A stretch of 39,997 bases of DNA, from the NCBI GenBank assembly GCA_965178125.1, contig OZ237748.1, positions 1,178,001 to 1,217,997 on the forward strand, read 5' to 3'. The notes beneath the pieces were generated by a model that searched no databases, had not been told where the DNA came from, and worked only from the letters and a program-made list of their open reading frames with translations. Numbering within the stretch: position 1 is the first letter of the stretch; each line of letters opens with the position of its first letter. The translations under genes were made by a program, and so were the position numbers. Positions 25,851-36,010 of the stretch are shown one piece after another. This stretch comes from Bilabrum cf. latius. Lineage: Eukaryota.

Positions 25851-26681
25851 GGGGGTTTAGGGGTTTAGGGGGGGGGTTAGGGGTTAGGGTTAGGGTTAGG
25901 GTTAGGGTTAGGGTTAGGGTTAGGGTTAGGGTTAGGGTTAGGGTTAGGGTTAGGGTTAGGGTTAGGGTTAGGGTTAGGGTTAGGGTTAGGGTTAGGGTTA
26001 GGGTTAGGGTTAGGGTTAGGGTTAGGGTTAGGGTTAGGGTTAGGGTTAGGGTTAGGGTTAGGGTTAGGGTTAGGGTTAGGGTTAGGGTTAGGGTTAGGGT
26101 TAGGGTTAGGGTTAGGGTTAGGGTTAGGGTTAGGGTTAGGGTTAGGGTTAGGGTTAGGGTTAGGGTTAGGGTTAGGGTTAGGGTTAGGGTTAGGGTTAGG
26201 GTTAGGGTTAGGGTTAGGGTTAGGGTTAGGGTTAGGGTTAGGGTTAGGGTTAGGGTTAGGGTTAGGGTTAGGGTTAGGGTTAGGGTTAGGGTTAGGGTTA
26301 GGGTTAGGGTTAGGGTTAGGGTTAGGGTTAGGGTTAGGGTTAGGGTTAGGGTTAGGGTTAGGGTTAGGGTTAGGGTTAGGGTTAGGGTTAGGGTTAGGGT
26401 TAGGGTTAGGGTTAGGGTTAGGGTTAGGGTTAGGGTTAGGGTTAGGGTTAGGGTTAGGGTTAGGGTTAGGGTTAGGGTTAGGGTTAGGGTTAGGGTTAGG
26501 GTTAGGGTTAGGGTTAGGGTTAGGGTTAGGGTTAGGGTTAGGGTTAGGGTTAGGGTTAGGGTTAGGGTTAGGGTTAGGGTTAGGGTTAGGGTTAGGGTTA
26601 GGGTTAGGGTTAGGGTTAGGGTTAGGGTTAGGGTTAGGGTTAGGGTTAGGGTTAGGGTTAGGGTTAGGGTTAGGGTTAGGG
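25851..26681 (+). repeat. Telomeric (TTAGGG)n tract 1, interstitial
   Basis: Perfect TTAGGG repeats with irregular first units. Confidence 0.98.
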
Positions 26682-26743
26682 TATCTAATATAAAGTCAGG
26701 GACAGGGTCGAGGAAAAAATATTTTCATCTTCATTTTTTGCAT
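26682..26743. repeat. Conserved telomere-junction leader, copy 1
   Basis: TATCTAATATAAAGTCAGGGACAGGGTCG...TTTTCATCTTCA.TTTTTG recurs at 29101 and 38078, each directly after TTAGGG. Confidence 0.9.
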
Positions 26744-27820
26744 CAAAATACGGAATTGAGATCTCGGCAACCAGAGTAGATATGAAGATGATTCAAACTG
26801 CATTGGGTCGGTCCTGGGGCACAACATGGGGCAAAATTTTATTAGGATCCGTTTTTGTCGCGCGGCGCCGATATGGCCGGATGAAGAATTTCGTGGACCA
26901 AAATACGGAATTGAGATCTCGGCAACCAGAGTAGATATGAAGATGATTCAAACTGCATTGGGTCGGTCCTGGGGCACAACATGGGGCAAAATTTTATTAG
27001 GATCCGTTTTTGTCGCGCGGCGCCGATATGGCCGGATGAAGAATTTCGTGGACCAAAATACGGAATTGAGATCTCGGCAACCAGAGTAGATATGAAGATG
27101 ATTCAAACTGCATTGGGTCGGTCCTGGGGCACAACATGGGGCAAAATTTTATTAGGATCCGTTTTTGTCGCGCGGCGCCGATATGGCCGGATGAAGAATT
27201 TCGTGGACCAAAATACGGAATTGAGATCTCGGCAACCAGAGTAGATATGAAGATGATTCAAACTGCATTGGGTCGGTCCTGGGGCACAACATGGGGCAAA
27301 ATTTTATTAGGATCCGTTTTTGTCGCGCGGCGCCGATATGGCCGGATGAAGAATTTCGTGGACCAAAATACGGAATTGAGATCTCGGCAACCAGAGTAGA
27401 TATGAAGATGATTCAAACTGCATTGGGTCGGTCCTGGGGCACAACATGGGGCAAAATTTTATTAGGATCCGTTTTTGTCGCGCGGCGCCGATATGGCCGG
27501 ATGAAGAGTTTCGTGGACCAAAATACGGAATTGAGATCTCGGCAACCAGAGTAGATATGAAGATGATTCAAACTGCATTGGGTCGGTCCTGGGGCACAAC
27601 ATGGGGCAAAATTTTATTAGGATCCGTTTTTGTCGCGCGGCGCCGATATGGCCGGATGAAGAATTTCGTGGACCAAAATACGGAATTGAGATCTCGGCAA
27701 CCAGAGTAGATATGAAGATGATTCAAACTGCATTGGGTCGGTCCTGGGGCACAACATGGGGCAAAATTTTATTAGGATCCGTTTTTGTCGCGCGGCGCCG
27801 ATATGGCCGGATGAAGAATT
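26744..27820. repeat. 155-bp satellite, subfamily A, about 7 copies
   Basis: Period 155 (ORF starts 26826, 26981, 27136...); copies are nearly identical. Confidence 0.97.
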
Positions 27821-28068
27821 GCTTGTCTCTGTAGAATGCATTGTGGATTCGTCAATTGTAGAATGGGTATTGTGTACATGACCGTTGTATTCGATTGATG
27901 GATTGCTTTGACTTAAGGTATTCATCGGCTGACAGCCAAGACTAAACAGAATGCCTCTTGGCTCCTACTATTCCGTCCTAACGGGTCACTGGCTGGCACT
28001 TTGGCAAGCTCCTCTCACAAGCTGGCCCAGCTGCCACTGACCTCAATTGCCATCCGCCTGGCTGCTTT

Positions 28069-28266
28069 TCACTCGTCATCGGAGGAGGGTTCCGCACCGA
28101 CAGCTGCCAGGAGCGCCTCCACAGCGTCCACGTCTGCCGCATTGAGATCTCCTTCCGCCGTCTTCTCGAGGGCCGTCATCAGGTCTGCGAGCATGCCCAA
28201 TCCGTGGTCCCTCTCTGCAATTGTTTCCTGCACGTCCTCGACCATGTCGTCGACAGTCCGGCTGAC
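28069..28266 (-). pseudogene. 5'-truncated paralog (last about 65 codons) of the 33594-35129 gene, capped by telomeric repeats
   Basis: 27916-28266 aligns to 33441-33791. Reads VSRTVDDMVEDVQETIAERDHGLGMLADLMTALEKTAEGDLNAADVDAVEALLAAVGAEPSSDDE then TGA. Confidence 0.9.
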
Positions 28267-29100
28267 TTAGGGTAAGGGTTAGGGTTAGGGTTAGGGTTAG
28301 GGTTAGGGTTAGGGTTAGGGTTAGGGTTAGGGTTAGGGTTAGGGTTAGGGTTAGGGTTAGGGTTAGGGTTAGGGTTAGGGTTAGGGTTAGGGTTAGGGTT
28401 AGGGTTAGGGTTAGGGTTAGGGTTAGGGTTAGGGTTAGGGTTAGGGTTAGGGTTAGGGTTAGGGTTAGGGTTAGGGTTAGGGTTAGGGTTAGGGTTAGGG
28501 TTAGGGTTAGGGTTAGGGTTAGGGTTAGGGTTAGGGTTAGGGTTAGGGTTAGGGTTAGGGTTAGGGTTAGGGTTAGGGTTAGGGTTAGGGTTAGGGTTAG
28601 GGTTAGGGTTAGGGTTAGGGTTAGGGTTAGGGTTAGGGTTAGGGTTAGGGTTAGGGTTAGGGTTAGGGTTAGGGTTAGGGTTAGGGTTAGGGTTAGGGTT
28701 AGGGTTAGGGTTAGGGTTAGGGTTAGGGTTAGGGTTAGGGTTAGAATTAGGGTTAGGGTTAGGGTTAGGGTTAGGGTTAGGGTTAGGGTTAGGGTTAGGG
28801 TTAGGGTTAGGGTTAGGGTTAGGGTTAGGGTTAGGGTTAGGGTTAGGGTTAGGGTTAGGGTTAGGGTTAGGGTTAGGGTTAGGGTTAGGGTTAGGGTTAG
28901 GGTTAGGGTTAGGGTTAGGGTTAGGGTTAGGGTTAGGGTTAGGGTTAGGGTTAGGGTTAGGGTTAGGGTTAGGGTTAGGGTTAGGGTTAGGGTTAGGGTT
29001 AGGGTTAGGGTTAGGGTTAGGGTTAGGGTTAGGGTTAGGGTTAGGGTTAGGGTTAGGGTTAGGGTTAGGGTTAGGGTTAGGGTTAGGGTTAGGGTTAGGG
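28267..29100 (+). repeat. Telomeric (TTAGGG)n tract 2, interstitial
   Basis: Perfect repeats except TAAGGG near the start and TTAGAA at 28741. Confidence 0.98.
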
Positions 29101-29161
29101 TATCTATTATAAAGTCAGGGACAGGGTCGGGGAAAAATATTTTCATCTTCACTTTTTGACA
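29101..29161. repeat. Conserved telomere-junction leader, copy 2
   Basis: Near-identical to 26682-26743 and 38078-38139. Confidence 0.9.
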
Positions 29162-30813
29162 AAATCCTGCGGGATACGATCTCGGCAACCACAGGAGATA
29201 TGAAGACCGTTCAAATTGCGTTGGGACGGCCTAGGGCCACATCATTGGCCAAATGTTCCTCAGGTTCCGCTTTTGACGCGCGGCGCCAATATTGGGCCTT
29301 GAAGATTTTCATGCTGAAATCCTGCGGGATACGATCTCGGCAACCACAGGAGATATGAAGACCGTTCAAATTGCGTTGGGACGGCCTAGGGCCACAACAT
29401 TGGCCAAATGTTCCTCAGGTTCCGCTTTTGACGCGCGGCGCCAATATTGGGCCTTGAAGATTTTCATGCTGAAATCCTGCGGGATACGATCTCGGCAACC
29501 ACAGGAGATATGAAGACCGTTAAAATTGCATTGGGACGGCCTAGAGCCACATCATTGGCCAAATGTTCCTCAGGTTCCGCTTTTGACGCGCGGCGCCAAT
29601 ATTGGGCCTTGAAGATTTTCATGCTGAAATCCTGCGGGATACGATCTCGGCAACCACAGGAGATATGAAGACCGTTCAAATTGCGTTGGGACGGCCTAGG
29701 GCCACATCATTGGCCAAATGTTCCTCAGGTTCCGCTTTTGACGCGCGGCGCCAATATTGGGCCTTGAAGATTTTCATGCTGAAATCCTGCGGGATACGAT
29801 CTCGGCAACCACAGGAGATATGAAGACCGTTCAAATTGCGTTGGGACGGCCTAGAGCCACATCATTGGCCAAATGTTCCTCAGGTTCCGCTTTTGACGCG
29901 CGGCGCCAATATTGGGCCTTGAAGATTTTCATGCTGAAATCCTGCGGGATACGATCTCGGCAACCACAGGAGATATGAAGACCGTTCAAATTGCGTTGGG
30001 ACGGCCTAGGGCCACATCATTGGCCAAATGTTCCTCAGGTTCCGCTTTTGACGCGCGGCGCCAATATTGGGCCTTGAAGATTTTCATGCTGAAATCCTGC
30101 GGGATACGATCTCGGCAACCACAGGAGATATGAAGACCGTTCAAATTGCGTTGGGACGGCCTAGAGCCACATCATTGGCCAAATGTTCCTCAGGTTCCGC
30201 TTTTGACGCGCGGCGCCAATATTGGGCCTTGAAGATTTTCATGCTGAAATCCTGCGGGATACGATCTCGGCAACCACAGGAGATATGAAGACCGTTCAAA
30301 TTGCGTTGGGACGGCCTAGGGCCACAACATTGGCCAAATGTTCCTCAGGTTCCGCTTTTGACGCGCAGCGCCAATATTGGGCCTTGAAGATTTTCATGCT
30401 GAAATCCTGCGGGATACGATCTCGGCAACCACAGGAGATATGAAGACCGTTCAAATTGCGTTGGGACGGCCTAGGGCCACATCATTGGCCAAATGTTCCT
30501 CAGGTTCCGCTTTTGACGCGCGGCGCCAATATTGGGCCTTGAAGATTTTCATGCTGAAATCCTGCGGGATACGATCTCGGCAACCACAGGAGATATGAAG
30601 ACCGTTAAAATTGCATTGGGACGGCCTAGGGCCACATCATTGGCCAAATGTTCCTCAGGTTCCGCTTTTGACGCACGGCGCCAATATTGGGCCTTGAAGA
30701 TTTTCATGCTGAAATCCTGCGGGATACGATCTCGGCAACCACAGGAGATATGAAGACCGTTCAAATTGCGTTGGGACGGCCTAGGGCCACAACATTGGCC
30801 AAATGTTCCTCAG
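29162..30813. repeat. 155-bp satellite, subfamily B, about 10.7 copies
   Basis: Period 155; shares GATCTCGGCAACCA, AGATATGAAGA, TTCAAA and CGCGCGGCG blocks with subfamilies A and C. Confidence 0.97.
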
Positions 30814-30849
30814 ATTCATTGTACTTCATTCAGTGCAAGTATGGCGTAT

Positions 30850-33331
30850 TGAAACCTACTCGGGGGAGGTTTCAAAACCTACCCAGGGCGGTTTCAAAAC
30901 CTACCCAGGGCGGTTTCAAAACCTACCCAGGGCGGTTTCAAAACCTACCCAGGGCGGTTTCAAAACCTACCCAGGGCGGTTTCAAAACCTACCCAGGGCG
31001 GTTTCAAAACCTACCCAGGGCGGTTTCAAAACCTACCCAGGGCGGTTTCAAAACCTACCCAGGGCGGTTTCAAAACCTACCCAGGGCGGTTTCAAAACCT
31101 ACCCAGGGCGGTTTCAAAACCTACCCAGGGCGGTTTCAAAACCTACCCAGGGCGGTTTCAAAACCTACCCAGGGCGGTTTCAAAACCTACCCAGGGCGGT
31201 TTCAAAACCTACCCAGGGCGGTTTCAAAACCTACCCAGGGCGGTTTCAAAACCTACCCAGGGCGGTTTCAAAACCTACCCAGGGCGGTTTCAAAACCTAC
31301 CCAGGGCGGTTTCAAAACCTACCCAGGGCGGTTTCAAAACCTACCCAGGGCGGTTTCAAAACCTACCCAGGGCGGTTTCAAAACCTACCCAGGGCGGTTT
31401 CAAAACCTACCCAGGGCGGTTTCAAAACCTACCCAGGGCGGTTTCAAAACCTACCCAGGGCGGTTTCAAAACCTACCCAGGGCGGTTTCAAAACCTACCC
31501 AGGGCGGTTTCAAAACCTACCCAGGGCGGTTTCAAAACCTACCCAGGGCGGTTTCAAAACCTACCCAGGGCGGTTTCAAAACCTACCCAGGGCGGTTTCA
31601 AAACCTACCCAGGGCGGTTTCAAAACCTACCCAGGGCGGTTTCAAAACCTACCCAGGGCGGTTTCAAAACCTACCCAGGGCGGTTTCAAAACCTACCCAG
31701 GGCGGTTTCAAAACCTACCCAGGGCGGTTTCAAAACCTACCCAGGGCGGTTTCAAAACCTACCCAGGGCGGTTTCAAAACCTACCCAGGGCGGTTTCAAA
31801 ACCTACCCAGGGCGGTTTCAAAACCTACCCAGGGCGGTTTCGAAACCTACCCAGGGCGGTTTCAAAACCTACCCAGGGCGGTTTCAAAACCTACCCAGGG
31901 CGGTTTCAAAACCTACCCAGGGCGGTTTCAAAACCTACCCAGGGCGGTTTCAAAACCTACCCAGGGCGGTTTCAAAACCTACCCAGGGCGGTTTCAAAAC
32001 CTACCCAGGGCGGTTTCAAAACCTACCCAGGGCGGTTTCAAAACCTACCCAGGGCGGTTTCAAAACCTACCCAGGGCGGTTTCAAAACCTACCCAGGGCG
32101 GTTTCAAAACCTACCCAGGGCGGTTTCAAAACCTACCCAGGGCGGTTTCAAAACCTACCCAGGGCGGTTTCAAAACCTACCCAGGGCGGTTTCAAAACCT
32201 ACCCAGGGCGGTTTCAAAACCTACCCGGGGCGGTTTCAAAACCTACCCAGGGCGGTTTCAAAACCTACCCAGGGCGGTTTCAAAACCTACCCAGGGCGGT
32301 TTCAAAACCTACCCAGGGCGGTTTCAAAACCTACCCAGGGCGGTTTCAAAACCTACCCAGGGAGGTTTCAAAACCTACCCAGGGAGGTTTCAAAACCTAC
32401 CCAGGGAGGTTTCAAAACCTACCCAGGGCGGTTTTTCAAAACCTACCCAGGGAGGTTTCAAAACCTACCCAGGGAGGTTTCAAAACCTACCCAGGGAGGT
32501 TTCAAAACCTACCCAGGGCGGTTTCAAAACCTACCCAGGGCGGTTTCAAAACCTACCCAGGGCGGTTTCAAAACCTACCCAGGGCGGTTTCAAAACCTAC
32601 CCAGGGCGGTTTCAAAACCTACCCAGGGCGGTTTCAAAACCTACCCAGGGCGGTTTCAAAACCTACCCAGGGCGGTTTCAAAACCTACCCAGGGCGGTTT
32701 CAAAACCTACCCAGGGCGGTTTCAAAACCTACCCAGGGCGGTTTCAAAACCTACCCAGGGCGGTTTCAAAACCTACCCAGGGCGGTTTCAAAACCTACCC
32801 AGGGCGGTTTCAAAACCTACCCAGGGCGGTTTCAAAACCTACCCAGGGAGGTTTCAAAACCTACCCAGGGAGGTTTCAAAACCTACCCAGGGAGGTTTCA
32901 AAACCTACCCAGGGAGGTTTCAAAACCTACCCAGGGAGGTTTCAAAACCTACCCAGGGAGGTTTCAAAACCTACCCAGGGCGGTTTCAAAACCTACCCAG
33001 GGCGGTTTCAAAACCTACCCAGGGCGGTTTCAAAACCTACCCAGGGCGGTTTCAAAACCTACCCAGGGCGGTTTCAAAACCTACCCAGGGCGGTTTCAAA
33101 ACCTACCCAGGGCGGTTTCAAAACCTACCCAGGGAGGTTTCAAAACCTACCCAGGGCGGTTTCAAAACCTACCCAGGGAGGTTTCAAAACCTACCCAGGG
33201 AGGTTTCAAAACCTACCCAGGGAGGTTTCAAAACCTACCCAGGGAGGTTTCAAAACCTACCCAGGGAGGTTTCAAAACCTACCCAGGGAGGTTTCAAAAC
33301 CTACCCAGGGAGGTTTGAAACCTACCCTAGG
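30850..33331. repeat. 22-bp tandem array GGTTTCAAAACCTACCCAGGG(C/A), roughly 110 copies
   Basis: Head-to-tail units with no spacers; the 22-aa periodicity of the spurious ORFs equals three units. Confidence 0.97.
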
Positions 33332-33593
33332 TGTGGGTTTGGGAATCCAGTGGTTATTGACCGATATTCAATGTTGTGGCTCGTTCTACGTAGCCATATG
33401 TATGCGTTAACCTCCTTGGTCGATACATCGCTTTGACATCAGGTATTCGTTGGCTTATAGTCAAGACTAAATAGATTGCGTCCTGGCTCCTACTATCCCG
33501 TCCTAACGGGTCACTGGCTGGCACTCTGGCAAGCTCCTCTCACAAGCTGGCCCAGCTGCCACTGACCTCAATTGGTATCCGCCTGGCTGCTTT

Positions 33594-35129
33594 TCACTCG
33601 TTATCGGAGGAGGGTTCCGCATCGACAGCTGCCAGGAGCGCCTCAACAGCGTCCACGTCTGCTGCATTGAGATCTCCTTCCGCCGTCTTCTCGAGGGCCG
33701 TCATCAGGCCTACGAGCGTGCCCAACCCGTCGTCCCTCTCTTGAATTGTTTCCTGCACGTCCTCGAGCATGTCGTCGAGAGTTCGGCTGACGCCCAGCGC
33801 TATGTCATCGCAGGCAGCGAGGATGCGGTCCACCAGGTGCCGCTGCTAGTCGGTGAAGCCGTTGTCATCCACTCCACCGTCGTTCTCAGAGTCGTCTTGC
33901 TGGTTCTGGGCCTCGTTCTCTTCTTCCTCATCCAGCTCGTCCTGATCCTCCTCGTCCTGCTGCACGAGTTCTATCGGAGCCTCATCCTCGTCCTCTTCAT
34001 CGGCTGCGTCTGCGTGGTATCGATCACCGATCTCCTCTTCATCCTCCTCAGAGTCCTGTCGAGGCAGTGATGCTGCTGCTCCACTCCTTGCGCCTCTTGC
34101 TCCCCTCTTGTCCTGGCCAACGGCGTGGCGAGCTCCTCCGCCATAGCCCGGTTGGAGAATGGGCGATCGCTTGTGCTGTATCTTAGCCCGAGGTGCCGCT
34201 TCAGTCGCCTTCCTGCGCTCCGGTTCTGCCGGTTGCGCACCTTCATCCCTCGGCTTTCCCTTTGACTTTCCCTTTGACTTGCCCGCGGCCTTGGTCCTGG
34301 CCTTCAATTTGGCCTTTGCCTTTTCCCTGGCCTTGGCCTCCGCTCTCCGCTTGGGGCCGAGTAGGTCGTTGTTCAGTCGCTCGGTCTATGAGTCGCTGGA
34401 CTCTGAGCCGTCTGAATCTTGCTCGCCTCGTTTCCTCTGGGCCTTGTAGGCACTGTGGTCCGCGACACCGTCGTCGGGGTCGTCCTCGTCGTCGTCGACC
34501 ATGGCACTCCGTTTGTCCTTGCCAGCACGGGGTGCTCCACTCGGCGAAGCAGCAGCGGCTCCCGCAGAAGCATCTTGGTCCCCTGCGGCTGCCGCGGCAG
34601 AGTCCTTGACTGCCATGTCAAACACGTCTTGGAACACAGCCTGCATGCCTCCACGCGCACGCACAGAGGCTTTCCCAGCTCCGTAGTCGCAGACGAACTT
34701 GATCGCGGTCTTGTAGTTCCTCCGCAAGCCATCCATGCCTGCCTTGAACCAAGGATTGTGGCTGGTAGAGTAGCCGCTGTCGCGCAGGCCCATGAGCATC
34801 TAATTCATCTTGCGGTAGCCTGGCGAGCTGGTGCCGCTAGTTGATGCAGCCGGATATAGGCGGTGACTCAGCACCTTCAGCATGTCAGGCGGCAGATCGG
34901 ACTCATTCAGGTCCAGCATGGCATCCACGCAGGCTTTGATGCCCTCTTTCTTGGTCCCCTAGTAGTGCTCGGTAGACCCGCAGAGTAACCCGCAATCTTG
35001 GTGGAGGCCCACGAGGGAGATCAGCAGGACTTGCTTGGCAGCAGACGTGCTGACGCCTGAAGCCAGGGCAGCCACGACGGGGCGGGAGGCCTTGGTGTGC
35101 TTGACGCTGTAGCTCTTTGCGGCGGCCAT
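33594..35129 (-). CDS. Hypothetical 511-aa protein: helical N-terminal domain, basic Lys/Ala region, acidic region, coiled-coil-like C-terminus
   Basis: ATG at 35129 (MAAAKSYSVKH...). Four in-frame TAGs (34959, 34800, 34386, 33846) join ORFs 34959-35291, 34386-34799, 33846-34307 and 33594-33833; ends at TGA. A paralogous fragment at 28069-28266 keeps the frame. Confidence 0.85.
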
Positions 35130-35357
35130 AGTACTCTGCGGTGCTGGGGGAACACGGGTAAGGCCACGAACAGGCGCTTGGATGCGGCAGCGAACACGGA
35201 CATGAGACCCAGGGAGTCTCCAGGGCAAGCTCGAGGGCAAAGAAAAAGAAGGCCACGACCCCGCGCACTCGGTCTCAGACCCGGGACCCATGATGTTAGG
35301 TCGATCCCCCAGTCGTGGGGGGGCGGACCCCAGCCCAGAAAAAAATTAAAAAAGATC

Positions 35358-35436
35358 GCCCCAACGGGAATCGAACCTCGGGGGTAGGCCTGGGTGCGAT
35401 TACCAACCGTACGCAATACCACTACACCACCACAGC
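35358..35436 (-). promoter_or_regulatory. tRNA-derived sequence with Pol III A and B boxes and an oligo-T terminator; cloverleaf degenerate
   Basis: Minus strand GCTGTGG-TGGTGTAGTGG(A box)...GGTTCGATTCC(B box)CGTTGGGGC, followed by TTTTTT. Acceptor, anticodon and T stems pair poorly. Confidence 0.55.
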
Positions 35437-35580
35437 AACCCACGCGAAACCGAAAAAAAAATACAGATTCGCATCAAAAGTGCACGCAACTTGCACTTGT
35501 CACGCCGAAACCTACCCGTTCACCCAACGAGCAGCGCGAAATCAGAAACACTCATATTGCGCTCCTTGTATTCAATTGCA

Positions 35581-35695
35581 GAGGGTTAGGGATTAGGGTT
35601 AGGGTTAGGGTTAGGGTTAGGGTTAGGGTTAGGGTTAGGGTTAGGGTTAGGGTTAGGGTTAGGGTTAGGGTTAGGGTTAGGGTTAGGGTTAGGGT
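35581..35695 (+). repeat. Telomeric (TTAGGG)n tract 3, short and interstitial
   Basis: About 19 units with one irregular unit near the start. Confidence 0.97.
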
Positions 35696-36010
35696 CAACG
35701 TGGTTCAGACGTTTGGCTCAATTGCGCGACGGCAAGCACTCGTTGGAACTAATCTCGCGCATATTATCAAATAATATAACATACTGCAAACAATTGCGCG
35801 GCGATATATAGGCTGCGCGCCCAATGCTCACTTTGCTTGCGGCAGGTGTGCTGCGACAACATTTGTGGTGGCCCGGATCAGGTTGCGGAACCTGATGCGC
35901 GGCACCGCCGTGACGAGTGCGCCACCAGGGAACAACGCATCGTACCATCATACTAATCACATCCCAAGTATATTATATATCCTTGTGGCATCTCTGTCCG
36001 CAGTCTGGTC

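Noticed and set aside
28076-29188. 370-aa poly-(Thr-Leu) ORF
   Set aside because: Translation of (CCCTAA)n.
26826-30764. Repeated 73-87 aa ORFs in the 155-bp arrays
   Set aside because: The period is not a multiple of 3 and the peptides are not conserved between subfamilies.
29162-30813. Hammerhead ribozyme in the satellite (CTGAGGA on the minus strand), as in Penelope-like elements
   Set aside because: No correctly placed GAAA or stems, and the motif is absent from subfamilies A and C.
30850-33331. CRISPR-like palindromic repeat array
   Set aside because: Units are head-to-tail with no spacers, there are no cas genes, and the context is eukaryotic.
30687-33436. 907-aa and 877-aa repeat ORFs
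   Set aside because: Artefacts of a stop-free 22-bp satellite open in several frames.
35358-35436. Functional tRNA or amber-decoding tRNA
   Set aside because: Stems pair poorly and the CTA triplet is not in an anticodon-loop position.
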